A DNA stretch of 59,313 nucleotides, counting the filler, from Candidatus Lindowbacteria bacterium RIFCSPLOWO2_12_FULL_62_27 (GTDB lineage Bacteria > Lindowbacteria > 2-12-FULL-62-27), in the NCBI GenBank assembly GCA_001784175.1. It is 4 parts of 4 records of this genome, joined end to end, with 100 filler letters (N's around TTAATTAATTAA, not from the genome) between each part and the next. Parts side by side here need not be neighbours in the genome. Positions count along the whole stretch, not along the records: positions 15,854 to 29,328 come from MFPR01000032.1; positions 29,429 to 47,294 come from MFPR01000034.1; 2 more parts are not named here. One strand, given 5' to 3'. Shown here piece after piece: positions 19,354 to 32,400 of this stretch (position 1 is the first letter of the stretch; each line of letters opens with the position of its first letter). Position numbers and translations under genes: made by a program. The notes beneath the pieces were generated by a model. That model worked only from the letters and a program-made list of their open reading frames with translations, did not search any database and had not been told where the DNA came from.

Positions 19354-19678
19354 GAGGGCGAAGGACCGGAAGGACGTGACGGTGGTGAAAGTCCGGGGGT
19401 TCCTGGACGAGCGGACTTCCCTCGAACTCGAAAAGCGCATTCGGGAGGAGATCGAGGGCGGCCGCGCGAAGATCGTCTTTGACTGCGGCGATCTCAAGTA
19501 CATCTCCAGCCGGGGATTCGCCGTCCTCGTGAGCCTGCACGGCCGCGCGCTGTCGAAGGGCGGCGACCTGATCCTTGCGGAACTCAAGGCGTCCATTCAC
19601 GAAGTGTTCACGGTGCTGAACCTGGCGGATCTGTTTAAAATCAAGGACAGCGTTTCGCAGGCCATCGAAGCGTTTTAG
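19331..19678 (+). CDS. STAS-domain anti-sigma-factor antagonist (RsbV/SpoIIAA-like)
   Basis: VKVRGFLD...KIVFDCGDLKYISSRG...GGDLILAEL...VFTVLNL. Confidence 0.9.
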   Translation: MEYAAEIERAKDRKDVTVVKVRGFLDERTSLELEKRIREEIEGGRAKIVFDCGDLKYISSRGFAVLVSLHGRALSKGGDLILAELKASIHEVFTVLNLADLFKIKDSVSQAIEAF

Positions 19679-19691
19679 GTTCGCCGCCGCC

Positions 19692-21251
19692 ATGCGCGTG
19701 TCCATCCGGGTCAAATTCGTCCTCATCATCCTCGGCCTTCTGCTCGTCACGCTCGGCGTGAACTGGGCCCTGACCCTGCGTCGGCACGAGTCAATGGAGC
19801 GGAGAATCACGGCGCGCCAGCAGGAACTCCTTCATCGGGAACTGCAGCGCCGGGCACTCTATATTTTTTCCATGCTGACGGCCAATGCCGAGTCGCTGGC
19901 CGTCGACGATTATCTCACCCTCAACACATTCGTCCGCCAGGCGAAGGAGGCCTCGCCGGATGTGCGGTACATCCATCTGGTTCAAAACGGCAAACTCGTG
20001 GTGCCCATTCCCGAAGACGGCGTCGCTCCCGACTACGCGCCGGTGGAGGGCCTCGAGGCGCCCGACACGGGCCTCGCGTATCAGGACCATACGGCGGAGG
20101 ACGGCGAGCCGATGGTGGTGGTGGCCGGCCCGATCGTGGACCGCGCGGCCAATCTTCGGGTCGGATTCGCGTACGTCGGATTTTCGAGCCGGAAAATCGT
20201 GGAGGAGCTGGCGCGGACGCAGGTCGATTTTCGTGAAGCGGGCGCGCGCACGCGGTGGGAGATCACGGCGCTGGCCCTCGGAGTCCTCGCGCTTGGATTC
20301 GTATCGTCCCTCCTGATCGTTCCGCTGATGATCCGCCCCATCCGCAGGCTGGCGGCGAGCGTCCGGCGGGTCGGCGAGGGCGATCTGGAACACCGCGCGA
20401 CGAGGCTCTCGAACGACGAGGTCGGGGACCTGGCGGACCATTTCAACGACATGGTGGTGAACCTCAAGAAGGCGCAGGAGGACCGGATCGAGAAGGAGCG
20501 GATGAAGCAGGAGATGGAGGTGGCGATGGAGATTCAGCGGTCGCTGTTTCCGCAGTCCGTGCCCAAGACGCCGGGCTTTTCCTGCGGCGCGGTCTACGCG
20601 GCCGCGCGCGAAGTCGGTGGCGACTACTACGATTTCATCCATCTCGATTACGACGGGGAGAGCCGGCTCGGAATCGTGGTCGCCGACGTGACGGGCAAGG
20701 GCGTGGGCGGGGCGATCATGATGGCCGAGACGCGCAGTGTGATGCGGGCCCAGATTCAGAAGGCCGGCACGCCGGCCGAGGCGCTGAAACTCACGAATTC
20801 CGTGCTCCTGCCGGACATGCAGAAAGGCATCATGTTCGTCACCATGTTCTACGGCATGCTCGACTGGCGTTTGGCCCGGATGGAAATCTGCAACGCCGGC
20901 CACAATCCCACGATGGTCTACCGCGCGGCGCGGGACGGGTTTGAGAAAATCACTTTGCGAGGCAAACCGCTGGGCGTTCTTCAGAACGACGAGTTCGATA
21001 AACACATCGAGTCGGCGGCGGTCGCGCTCGATTGCGGGGACATCCTCGTCCAGTACACGGACGGCGTCGGCGAAGCCGCCAACGCGAAGGAGGAGGCGTT
21101 CGGGATGGACCGGTTTCTGTCCGTGATCCGCAAATGCCGACTGTCCGACGCGCAGGTGATCGCCGACCGGGTGTTGGATGAAATCGGCGCCTTCGCCGGC
21201 GGCTGGCCGCAGTCGGATGACATCACCGTCGTGATCGTCAAACGGGCGTGA
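19692..21251 (+). CDS. Membrane sensor: 2 TM + HAMP + SpoIIE/PP2C phosphatase (RsbU-like)
   Basis: HAMP (PIRRL...DEVGDLADHFNDM) and PP2C motifs VGGDYYD, ADVTGKG, NAGH, YTDG, DDIT. Confidence 0.93.
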   Translation: MRVSIRVKFVLIILGLLLVTLGVNWALTLRRHESMERRITARQQELLHRELQRRALYIFSMLTANAESLAVDDYLTLNTFVRQAKEASPDVRYIHLVQNGKLVVPIPEDGVAPDYAPVEGLEAPDTGLAYQDHTAEDGEPMVVVAGPIVDRAANLRVGFAYVGFSSRKIVEELARTQVDFREAGARTRWEITALALGVLALGFVSSLLIVPLMIRPIRRLAASVRRVGEGDLEHRATRLSNDEVGDLADHFNDMVVNLKKAQEDRIEKERMKQEMEVAMEIQRSLFPQSVPKTPGFSCGAVYAAAREVGGDYYDFIHLDYDGESRLGIVVADVTGKGVGGAIMMAETRSVMRAQIQKAGTPAEALKLTNSVLLPDMQKGIMFVTMFYGMLDWRLARMEICNAGHNPTMVYRAARDGFEKITLRGKPLGVLQNDEFDKHIESAAVALDCGDILVQYTDGVGEAANAKEEAFGMDRFLSVIRKCRLSDAQVIADRVLDEIGAFAGGWPQSDDITVVIVKRA

Positions 21252-22759
21252 CCGCGCCGGTGCGGCCGCCGTCCCCGGAGGATTTTGCGCGCGCGTTTGA
21301 GGGGCTGGTCGACGTCGCGGTTGTCGCCGATCCCGACGGGCGGATTCTGGCCGCGAACGAGGCGGCTGCGGCGTTTTGGGGATACCGGCGGGACGAGTTG
21401 GGCGGCCGTCGGATGGACGACCTGATCTCGGCCGACGGGGCGGCCCAGCGGGAGTTTCTCTTGGAGAAAGTGCGTTCGGAAGAAGGCGTCAAGGAAGTAT
21501 GCCTCATCTGCAGGACGAGGGATGACCGCCGGGTCCCGATGTTCTTTTCGGTGTCGGCGCTGAAAGACGGCCGGCGGCTGTCCGCGCTCGTGTACATCGG
21601 GCGGGAGATGGCGGAAACGCGGAGTCTCCTGGAGCAGACGGCGGGCGCCGCGGTCAGTTCCAGAAAAAAAGTGGAAGAGCTGCAGCTCGAAAACGTGCGG
21701 CTTCGGGCGGGCTGGCGCGTCGGATCGCAGACGCTGGTGTACGTCAGCGCCGCCATGCAGTCGATCATGGACACGGTCACCCAGATCGCGCGGTTCGATG
21801 TGCCGGTCCTGATCCACGGCGAGACGGGGACCGGCAAGGAGCTGATCGCGGGCGCGATTCACCAAAGTCCCACCAATCTCAGACGCGACCGGCCTTTTGT
21901 CGCCATCAACTGCGCGACCCTCGCAGCGCCGTTGCTTGAAAGCGAACTCTTCGGATACGCGCGCGGCGCGTTTACGGGTGCGGTGGGCGCCAAGCAGGGA
22001 ATTCTGGAGGCGGCCTCCGGCGGGACGTTGTTTCTCGACGAAGTCGTCGAAGCGCCGCCGTCGATCCAGGCCAAGCTGTTGCGGGTCCTGGACACGGGCG
22101 AGTACATGAAACTGGGCGAGACGCGCAGCCGGCGGGCGGACGTTCGATTGATCGCGGCCACCAACAAGAGCGTCCCGGACGAAATCGCCGCCGGGCGGTT
22201 TCGGGAGGATTTATACCAGCGGCTGAAGGGCGTCGAAATCCACGTCCAGCCGCTGAGGGATCGTCCGGAGGACATTCCGGTGATCGTGCGGTTTTATCTC
22301 GACGAGTTCAACCGGACGATGAACAAGCAGGTGTCGATCAGCGACGAGGCGTTCCGGGTATTGGAGGGGTGCGATTGGATCGGGAATGTCCGGGAACTGC
22401 GCAACGCGATCCAGCAACTCGTGGTGATGGCGGCGTCCGTCCGTCCGGTGGTGATCGGGCGGAAGGATCTGCCGGATGCCATCGTGCGTCCCGATCATCG
22501 GACGCGGAGTCGCGTGAAGCTGGAGTGGAGCCCCGTTCGATTCACGTCAGACGCGGGTGAGATTCTGTCCATCTTCGATGTGCGTGCGGCGGCGCTCCGG
22601 CAGGTGGAAAAGGAGTATCTGATCCATCTGCTCAAGCGGCACAACGGAAAGATCATTGCGGCGGCGCGGGCGGCGGGGGCCAGCCGGCGGTTCATGCATC
22701 AGAAGTTGAAGGAACTGAAGATCAGTCCGAGGGCGTTTAAGACAGGGAAGAAGGCGTGA
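21248..22759 (+). CDS. PAS-containing sigma54-dependent enhancer-binding protein (AAA+ with Fis-type HTH)
   Basis: GETGTGKE, ESELFG..GAFTGA, GGTLFLDE, FREDLY and GNVREL motifs, with an N-terminal PAS and a C-terminal HTH. Confidence 0.95.
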   Translation: MTAPVRPPSPEDFARAFEGLVDVAVVADPDGRILAANEAAAAFWGYRRDELGGRRMDDLISADGAAQREFLLEKVRSEEGVKEVCLICRTRDDRRVPMFFSVSALKDGRRLSALVYIGREMAETRSLLEQTAGAAVSSRKKVEELQLENVRLRAGWRVGSQTLVYVSAAMQSIMDTVTQIARFDVPVLIHGETGTGKELIAGAIHQSPTNLRRDRPFVAINCATLAAPLLESELFGYARGAFTGAVGAKQGILEAASGGTLFLDEVVEAPPSIQAKLLRVLDTGEYMKLGETRSRRADVRLIAATNKSVPDEIAAGRFREDLYQRLKGVEIHVQPLRDRPEDIPVIVRFYLDEFNRTMNKQVSISDEAFRVLEGCDWIGNVRELRNAIQQLVVMAASVRPVVIGRKDLPDAIVRPDHRTRSRVKLEWSPVRFTSDAGEILSIFDVRAAALRQVEKEYLIHLLKRHNGKIIAAARAAGASRRFMHQKLKELKISPRAFKTGKKA

Positions 22760-22790
22760 GATAAGGCTCGGTGAACAGAGAAACCATTGG

Positions 22791-22830
22791 ACACGAACGG
22801 ACACGAACGATCACGAACGGACACGAATGA
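22791..22830 (+). repeat. 10-bp tandem repeat (ACACGAACGG-like x4)
   Basis: acacgaacgg acacgaacga tcacgaacgg acacgaatga; shares the CACGAA core with the element at 57169-57301. Confidence 0.85.
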
Positions 22831-22907
22831 AACATTCAACCCGTGTGAACGATGTAATTGTCTATAATGCGCACATAATTGCACGTTTATTGTTTGTTAC
22901 ATATCAT

Positions 22908-23033
22908 TTAAATAATCAGAATATTATATAAATTAACAGCGTAATTTGTATACTTTTATTCCCCTTTTTTGGCCAACCCGGAAATGTCCTGCCGAGAGGA
23001 GTACATCTAATTATTAAATAATCAGAGTGTTAT
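22908..23033 (+). promoter_or_regulatory. Two IHF-like sites
   Basis: TTAAATAATCAGA at 22908-22920 and 23014-23026. Both extend to match WATCARNNNNTTR within an AT-rich spacer. Confidence 0.6.
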
Positions 23034-23055
23034 AATTTTTGTCTGGTTCCTAAAC

Positions 23056-23071
23056 TGGCACGCAAGTTGCA
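23056..23071 (+). promoter_or_regulatory. Sigma54 (RpoN) -24/-12 promoter
   Basis: TGGCACGcaagTTGCA is an exact match to TGGCACG-N4-TTGCW, between an EBP gene and the next gene. Confidence 0.88.
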
Positions 23072-23086
23072 ACGATATATATTATA

Positions 23087-26000
23087 GTGGATATAAATGC
23101 CGCAAGAGTAATTAATGAAATCGTGAAATGCATCTGTGAACGGCGGGTAGACCACCCTTTGTCCCCCCATGTATTAGGGGGAAAGAGGGGGGTTGACCCG
23201 GTTTTGTTGTCCCCTCAGAAAACGGTATTGTCTGTGATTTTGGCAGCGGGCTTCTTGTGCATGGCCGCGTCATCCGAGGCCAAGATGATGTCGGATACGA
23301 TAGTGGTTTATCAGGTGCAGATCGGGGGAGATACGGGTGGGGCAACTGGCGAGTTTGTTACGCTATTTAATCCTCGGCCAGAGTCCGTCAGTTTGACGCC
23401 TTACAAAATCGTAAAGGCCTCCAGTGCCGGTGGAAGCATAGCAAATTGGACCGCTTCACTTGCGGGAACCATCGGCCCGTTTGGATTCTATAGGATCGTG
23501 GCCAAAAACGCCGGCAACGTTTTGTTGTCAACAAAAGACGAGGCGACATCTGTCAACGCCGCCCTCGCCGCCAGTAATCAAATCGCGTTGGTGAACAGCA
23601 CCCAAACGGACACCCGGGATCGTTTCGGATGGGGCGCCATTACGGTTCCCATGTACACCGACACGCCACCGCACAATACATCCGACCCCGGCGACAACCA
23701 GTCCTTTATGCGGCTTGCGGATACTTTGGCCGGCGGCATGATCAAGACGAACAGCAATAGGGCCGATTTTGTGATCAACGCGCCAACAGACACGTTCAAC
23801 ACTGCCACCCGACACCGGCGCGTGGTTTTCGACTGCAAAACGCCCCCGGGCGCCGTCACGGTGGGCACGGCGTTCAATCTTTACTGCACGGCCACGCTGG
23901 TGGTCGGCGATACCTACTTTCTTCAGGATTCCAACGTGATTACTGATTATTCCGGAGACTCCGCGTGGGCGGACTTGACCGGTTGGGGAACGGACACCCT
24001 TGTGGTGAACAGTTCAAACGATGCGGCCGACACGACCGATGTGTTTTCCGCCGGCCGGCGGACCATGACGCTGCGGTTCACAGCCGGCGTGGACGGATCG
24101 GTTCAGCGGCTGGTGATCAGCGATGCGTATTGCACGGGGTTCGTTTCGATCACCCTCAACAGCCCGGCCGACACCATTCAGTTCCGCGTAGCCGCATCGC
24201 AGGGGACCCATGAAACGAGCACGGCGAGTTTCACCACTTCGGGCACCGACAGCGGGGCCGCGGCGGACACGGTGGTGGTGGCGTTTCGAAACGGGATCGA
24301 CACGCAGATCGTGACGCACAGTTCCAGCGGCGTGTGGGCCTGTACCGGCAACTACACGTTTCGCGACATGGACGGCGGCGAGACCGTGTTTGCCTACGTC
24401 TACAAAGGCGGGGTGCAGAAGGCCAACGACACGATCACGATTTTATACGACGGCACGTCGCCGAAAATATCGGCCATCGCGAACACCGGTGTGATCAGCG
24501 GGTCCAGCTACAACAACACCAGCCAGACCGTCATCTTCTACGTCGTCGACACCGGCGCCGGATTCAGTTCCAGTTCCGGATGCACGCTCCATTACCAGCA
24601 GATCGGCGGATCCACCATCAACGACACGGCCCAGGCGACGGAGAACAACGCGGCGGGCACCTGGACTGTCAGCGCGTCCATTCCGTTCAATCTGGTGACC
24701 GCCACCGACACCCAGTGGAAGTTCTGGCTGACGTGTTCGGACGACGCCGGAAACAGCTCGCTGTCGAGTTCGCTGTCTCCGCCCTATACCGCGAACAACA
24801 ACGGCACCGCGACCATCAATGTGATCGGCGCGCGCGATGTCGTCATCAGCGAGGTCATGTGGGACGGCAACGACAGCGAGTATATTGAGCTGTACAACAC
24901 GACGAATGCGGACGTCGATTTGAGCGGCTGGACCCTGTCCGATTATGTGGGAGGGGGCGCCACGGGATTTACGTACACCTTTGTGGCGGGAGACAGCATC
25001 CCGGCCTACGGCCATTTTCTCCTACTTCAGGGCAGCGGCGGGTCGGGCGCGTTGGGCGTCAACGATCTGGTGGGTGCCGGGGGCAAGCGAGAGGCGGGGA
25101 TCGACACGGCGGAGACCGACGATTTTGACGATGAAGATCTGGATGACCAAGGCGACTCCGTGGGGCTGAGGGACAACAACGGCAATCTGATCGACACGGC
25201 CGCCTTCACGTCGGGTTGGCCCAAGGGCTCGGGCGGCACGACCGACGACGTGCGGGTTTCGATGGAGCGCAAGCTGACGGGTGTCAACTTCCAAACGTCG
25301 GCGGACGGATCGACCGCCAGTGAGTGGGACTCGCATTTGATGAGGGCCGGTCATCACGGGCGGCGGCACGGAACGCCCGGGCACGCCAACAGCATCAACG
25401 TGCCGTACAGCGATGTGTCTCCGAAAAATCCCGTCATGGAAGGCGGGCGCGGCAAGTGGACGTTCACGGTGACGAACGGGCCCACCGCGTTTGCCGGCGG
25501 CCGGGTCGTCCTGCAGATGCCGGTCGGGTGGTCCAAGCCCGGAAGCACGGCGACGGACTCGGGATACACGACGGTCAGCATTGCCAACGGATCGATCAGC
25601 ACGACGACGTTCAGCGGCCAGAGCGTCGTCGTGGACCTCACCTCGTGGACGGCGTCGACCGGTCAATTGACGGTCACGTACGGCGACGCGGCGTCGTCCG
25701 GGGACCGGAGTTCCATCGCCAAAGTCCAGTCGTCGTCGAGCGGAACGCCGGCGGCCGTGCAGCTCTTTTATGATTTCGACGGTACCTCGGTCGTGCAGGC
25801 GGGCGACAGCGGCATGGGAAACTGGGGGAGCAAGTCCGGCGACACGCTGCCGGTGGTGGACCTCGGGGGCGCGAGTGTCGACACGGTCCCGTCATCGAAT
25901 CCGCGAAGTTTCATAGGGTCGGAGTACGAGCTGACATCGACGTACAGCGACTCGATCGGCCGGAAAATTTACGGGGCGCACGATTCGGTTTCGATCCGGC

Positions 26001-29000
26001 CGTTTCTGACAGGGTCAGACGTCGCCGACGATTCGCATATTCACGAGTACGCGAGTTTCACCGGATTCTACGATCCGTCGGCGAACGACTCGACGGAGGT
26101 CGGAGGCTGGACCAACAGTTCCGGAGAGTTCGCCGTCACGGTGCATGTCAGCGCCATCGCGGGGAACGACGCGCAGCTCAACCAATTCCGCCTGACGGAC
26201 GCCGACAAGGGAGCCTTGTTGCGGACGTACAATGATTCGGCCCGCCTGCCGGTGCCGGTCATCAACGAGGTGGGATGGGACGGGATATCGACCGAATTTA
26301 TTGAAATATATAATCCGACCCATCAAGTCCAGACGCTGTCCGGGTATCGGGTCATCCAGGTGTCGAATATTTCCGACAGCCCGGCAAATAACGCGGCCGA
26401 CCACATCGGGCCGGCGACGTTTAACTCGGTGTTCAGTATCAATCCCTTTTCGTATGTCATCATCACAGACGCGGCCAATATCGTTCAGGACACAGCCGGC
26501 ACAGATTCGGATTTTACGGACGCCCAAGACCATACGGACGATCCGGGCGACACACTGGTTTTGCAAAACGCGGGCGGTCAGTTTTCGGATGCAATGGGGA
26601 TTTTGGGAAACGGCAATTATTACAATGGGAACACCACGGGCGACCCGGTGGCATCGCTGTGGGCGCTGGAGCGGATCTATCCAAACCGGAGCGGTATGGA
26701 CAGCGCGTCGTGGTCGGCGTCGGATTCGGGTTTGGATTTTGGCGGCACGGCCCAGAGCGGCTCGCCGGGCCGGCCCAATGCCAAGTCTCTGTTCAAGACG
26801 GAGGTTGACCGGATGGACACCTTCGTGAAGGCTGGCGACACAGGGCGGGTGCAACTGATTCTGAAAATCGCGTCAGGCGACACCCAGCCCAACCAGCAGA
26901 TCGGATGTACGGCGACAGTGGATGCATGGGCGGTTCACGGAGATTCTTCGTTCCTCGTCACGTTCGTTTTGACCACCAACGCTTACGGGACAGCACTGAT
27001 CGAGATTCACCCCAGCGGCGGCAACACATCCGGGACCGTAACGGTGCGGATCAAGCAGCCCTACGGCGTGACCGACAGCGCCTACGTGGTGTTTGACCGG
27101 GGCGAGTCGCTCGTATACGTCTTTCAGGCGTCGGAAACAAATGTTTTTGACACTTCCTCCACCAACGCGCTTCTTGTTTACGCTTGGTTTTCCGACACGA
27201 TTTCCGGGCTCGATTCCACGATCATGCCGCAATTGCGGTGGAAAATCGGATCGGGCGGAACGTATTCGACGCTGGCCAACATGACGCAGTACTCGGGCGA
27301 CACCTATTTGTACCGGATCGACATTTCGCCGGACTCGTGGTCGAAGATTCCGCACGACACCGTATACTGGCAGGCCGTATGGAGGGACCGGGCGGGGAAC
27401 TGGGACACGTCGCCCGACAATCATTCCCGGTCGGGCGAGTACGTCGACAACACGCGCGCGTTCGACACGCTGGCGTCGCCGGGCGGGTCGGACACCGTGA
27501 ACGGGGCCAATGCGCTCATCCGGATTCGAATGGGCGACGCCGCGCGGGACTACTGCACCATCACGCTCAAGTACGACTCGGGCAGTTCAGGCCTGTGGAC
27601 CAACGTCACGCTGGTGTCGGAGTCGGACACGAAAACGAACATCCGAACGTCTCCGTCGGGCGAGACGCTGGATTTGCGCTGGAACACCAGAGCCGACATC
27701 TCCGGCACGACGGTGGCGAGCATGCGGCTGAGGATCGAAGTATTCGACGGATTCGACACCCGAACGGATACGAGCGGGTATTTTGGACTGAACAATTACT
27801 TGAAGGTGACTCCATCGAATCCGCCGGACGGACAAGAAACCAATTCCGCGTCGGTGCGGTTTGAGTGGTCCTCGACGGTCGGCGCGGAGACCTACACATG
27901 GCAGTTGTCAAAGAGCGCGGCATTCACAACCCTCACGGACAGCGCCGTCGACACGACCGTCACCAGCCTCATCAAGAGCCTGCCCAACGAGGATACTTTC
28001 TATTGGCGAGTGATCGGGCAGGACTCGATTTCGAATTTTGACACAACGGCCGCGCGGGGCCTGATCCTGGACACGTCGGTCGCGCAGGTGACACCATCGC
28101 AGCCGGCGGACGGGCACGAGACGACAGCGATCGACATCGTGGTGAGCTGGAGCGCGGTATCGGACAGTGTGGGGGTGGATTCCTACGCGGTGGAGGTGTC
28201 GAAGAACACGGGGTTCACGAACATCGCGTTTACGGACACGATTGACGGGGGGCTGACGAGCGACACGGTGACGGGGCTGTACAATGACACGTACTTTTGG
28301 CGGGTGCGCGGGATCGACGATCTTGCGAACGGGGGGACGTACTCGACGACAAGGGGGTTTGTGACGGACACGCTGATCGGTCAGACAAGTTTGTCGCAGC
28401 CTGCGGATGGTCATGAGACGACAGTGATCGACTTTTTGGTGATCTGGGGTGCTCTGTCGGACAGCGTCGGTATCGACAGTTACGCGGTGGAGGTATCGAA
28501 GAACACGGCGTTTACGAACGTCGCCTTTACGGACACGGTGGACGGCGCGACCGGCGTCGCGAGCGATACGGTGACCGGGCTGTACAACGACACATACTAT
28601 TGGCGGGTGCGTGTGATCGACGATCTGGCGAACGGGGGAACGTATTCGAGCACGCAGGGGTTTGTGACGGACACGATCGTGAACACGCCGAGCTTGTCGC
28701 AGCCGGCGGACGGGCACGAGACGACGGCGATCGACTTTCAGGTGAGCTGGAGCGCGGTAACGGACAGTGTGGGCGTGGACAGTTACGCGGTGGAGGTATC
28801 GAAGAACACGGGGTTCACGAGCATCGCCTTTACGGACACGGTTGACCAGGCGTTCACGGCGGACACGGTGACGGGGTTGTACAACGACACATATTATTGG
28901 CGTGTGCGAGGGATCGATGATCTGGCGAACGGGGGGGCGTATTCGACGACGCGAGGGTTTGTGGCGGACACGATCGTGAACGCGCCGAGCCTGTCGCAGC

Positions 29001-29328
29001 CTGCGGACGGGCACGAGACGACGGCGATCAACCTATTGGTGAGCTGGAGCCTGTCGGACAGCGTTGGGGTGGACAGTTACGCGGTGGAGGTATCGAAGAA
29101 CACGGGATTCACGAACATCGCGTTTACGGACACGTTGGACGGCGCGTTCACGAGCGACACGGTGACGGGGTTGTATAACGACACGTACTACTGGCGAGTG
29201 CGGGCGGTGGACGATCTGGCGAACGGCGGGGGGTTTTCAAGCATGCGAGGGTTTGTGACGGACACGCTGATCGGCCAGGTGAGCCTGTCGCAGCCTGCGG
29301 ACGGGCATGAAACGAGCGTGATCAACAT
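23087..29328 (+). CDS. Giant secreted protein with three lamin-tail-like domains and tandem FN3-like repeats, 3' truncated by the contig end
   Basis: Signal-like VLSVILAAGFLCMAASSEA; lamin-tail motifs (GEFVTLFNP; VVISEVMW...EYIELYN...DLSGWTL...GTPG; VINEVGW..EFIEIYNP...GSPG); ~100-aa FN3-like repeats. The start codon is uncertain. Confidence 0.85.
28090..29328 (+). repeat. ~300-bp tandem repeat (4+ copies) encoding FN3-like SQPADGHETT...YWRVR units
   Basis: Near-identical units begin near 28090, 28390, 28690, 28990 and 29285. The contig breaks inside the array. Confidence 0.88.
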
Positions 29329-29428
29329 NNNNNNNNNNNNNNNNNNNNNNNNNNNNNNNNNNNNNNNNNNNNTTAATTAATTAANNNNNNNNNNNNNNNN
29401 NNNNNNNNNNNNNNNNNNNNNNNNNNNN
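29329..29428. other. Artificial contig spacer
   Basis: Same N/TTAATTAATTAA linker. Confidence 0.97.
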
Positions 29429-29429
29429 C

Positions 29430-32400
29430 ACAAATTTCTGGAGGTACTCCATCTCCGGCAATACGTGGGAGACGAAGGCGGCCACGCCCGCCGGCGTGTC
29501 GTACGGGGGCGCGCTGGTCTATCCCGGCACGGGCGACACCCTCTATGCCCTCGGCGGCAACGGCGGCAACTTCTGGGCGTATACGCTTCCCGGTCCTTAC
29601 CCCGGCCCGAACTGGTACGTGAACGACACGTCGACAAGCGGCGACTCGTACACGTCCGCCGTCGGCAGTGACACCAACGAAGGTTCGGCATCCGCGCCGT
29701 TTCGGACGATCATCGCCGCGATGGCCGCCGCATCCGAGGGCGACACCATCTACATCGACGCCGGCATCTACGATTCATACACGTGGGTCAGCGCGACGGA
29801 GACGGCGGGGGTCAACATCGACAAGGATTCGATCACGCTCATCGGCAAGGACTCTGGCTCCACCATCATCGACCCGCCGGGCGCAAGCTCCATCTCGACG
29901 ATGTACGGCATCTACGCCGACACGCAAGTTGGTCTGACGATCAAAAACCTCGGCGTGACGGGGGCGTACGACGGGATTCATTTTTACAACGTGGATAGTT
30001 CTACGATCGAGAGCGACAGCGCAAGCTCAAACGGCAACTACGGCATTTACCTGCGCGTCAATTCCGACACCAACACCATCAAAAATAACACGGCCAGTTC
30101 GAATTCGCGCGGCATCTGGCTGGATGCGAGTTCGAACAACACGGTGACAAACAACACGGCCGGTTCGAATTCCAACGAAGGCATCGTTCTGACTTCCACT
30201 TCGAACAACAACACGGTGACGAACAACACAGCCAGTTCGAATTCCAGCGCCGGCATCTGGCATGGCTCTAGTTCGAACAACACGGTGACGAACAACACGG
30301 CCAATTCGAACACGAACGACGGCATCTATCTACAATCGAGTACGAACAACACGGTCACAAACAACACGGCCAGTTCGAATTCGAGATACGGCATCTGGCT
30401 GGATGTGACTTCGAACAACAACACGGTGACGAACAACACGGCCAGTTCGAATTCCACCTTCGGCATCTATCTGGCTGCGAGTTCGAACAACAACGCGGTG
30501 ACGGGCAATACGGCCAATTCGAATTTGCAGCACGGCATCGTTCTAGATGCGAGTTCGAACAACAGGGTGATTCAAAATGAAGTTCGGCTGAATACGCGAT
30601 ATCAGGTGTATATCGACAACGCATCGTCTTCGGACACGGTGCAGAAGAACAATATCGAGCCGTCGGGAACGAATCCTGACAGCGGGGTCTATAACGGATC
30701 GACCATCGCCGCCAACAAATTCACCGTCACCCGCAACTGGTGGAACTCGACCGACACGGCGCGGATCAAGCAGATGATCTATCAGAAGTCGAACGGCGAT
30801 TCCGTGATCTGGCAGCCGTTCCGGCTTGGGCAGGTCGACACGACCGCGTTCGCCGACACGACAGCGCCGGACGCGCCGGATACGGTGGCGGTGACGCCGA
30901 GCGACACGAGCCTGATTGTGTCATGGTCGGCGGTGACGGCGCTGGAGGAGGCCAACGGCGGGGCGGTGGGTCTGTCGGGGTACCGGGTGTACCGGAGCAA
31001 GGTCAAAGACACGTCGTCCTGGGTGAAAGTGGCGCAGACGGCGACGGGCGTGACCCGGTGGCAGGATACGGATGTCGTGATCGGCTCTCCATATTATTAT
31101 AGGGTCACCGCGTTTGACACGGCCACGTTTGAGAACGAGTCGTTCTTCTCGGACAGTCAGCCGTCCGACAGCGCGATGTTTACGACGACGGTGAACTGGT
31201 ACGTGAACGACACGTCGACGACGGGGGACTCGTTCACGACTGCCGCCGGGTCGGACACGGCGTCGGGCAAAGGCACGGTCGCCGCGCCGTTCAAGACAAT
31301 CCCGCGCGCGATGCAGTTCGCGACGGCCGGGGACACGATCTGGGTCGACGCCGGGCTGTACGATTCCTACGTCAAGGTCTCCGCATCGGAAACGGCCGGG
31401 GTGTACATCACGGTGGACAGCCTGACGCTGATTGGCAAGGACTCGGGCGCGACGGTGATCGATCCGCCGGGTGACAGCGCTGTGGCCAACCTCTATGGCA
31501 TTTACGCCGATACGCAGACGGGCCTCACGATCAAAAACCTCGGCGTGACGGGGGCCCGCGTGGGCATCTATTTCATGAACGTGGACATGTCGACGGTTTC
31601 CGGCGACAGCGCAAGTTCCTGCGCCGACCACGGGATTCTTCTTCGTAATGGTTCCGACACCAACACGGTGACGAGCAACACGGCCAGTTCGAATTCGGAC
31701 CGCGGCATCTTTCTGTTTTCGAGTTCGAACAACAACACGGTGACGAGCAACACGGCCATTTCGAATTCGACCTCTGGCATCACTCTGGAATCTAATTCGA
31801 ACAACAACACGGTGAGCAACAACACGGCCATTTCGAATAAGCAAAACGGCATCCATATGAATTCGATTTCGAACAACACGGTGAGCAACAATACGGCCAG
31901 TTCGAATTTGTCCTACGGCATCTATCTGTCTGCGAGTGCGAACAACAGCACGGTGAGCAACAACACGGCCATTTCGAATGGTTCCAGCGGCATCTATCTG
32001 TATTCGAATTCGAACAACACGGTGAGCAACAACACGGCCGATTCGAATTCGAGCTACGGCATCACTCTGGATTTGAGTTCGAACAACACGGTGGTTCAAA
32101 ATGACGTGAGGAACAACACGACGTACCAGATTTACATCGTCGGCACGTCCTCCTCCGACACCGTCCAGAAGAACAACATCGTCCCGTCCGCGACGAATCC
32201 CGACAGCGGCGTGTTCAACGGCTCGACCGTCGCGACCAACAAATTCACCTTCACCCGCAACTGGTGGAACTCGACCGACACGGCGCGGATCAAGCAGATG
32301 ATCTATCAGGCGTCGAACGGCGATTCCGTGATCTGGCAGCCGTTCCGGCTGGGGCAGGTCGACACGACCGCGGGCGCCGACACGACCGCGCCGGACGCGC

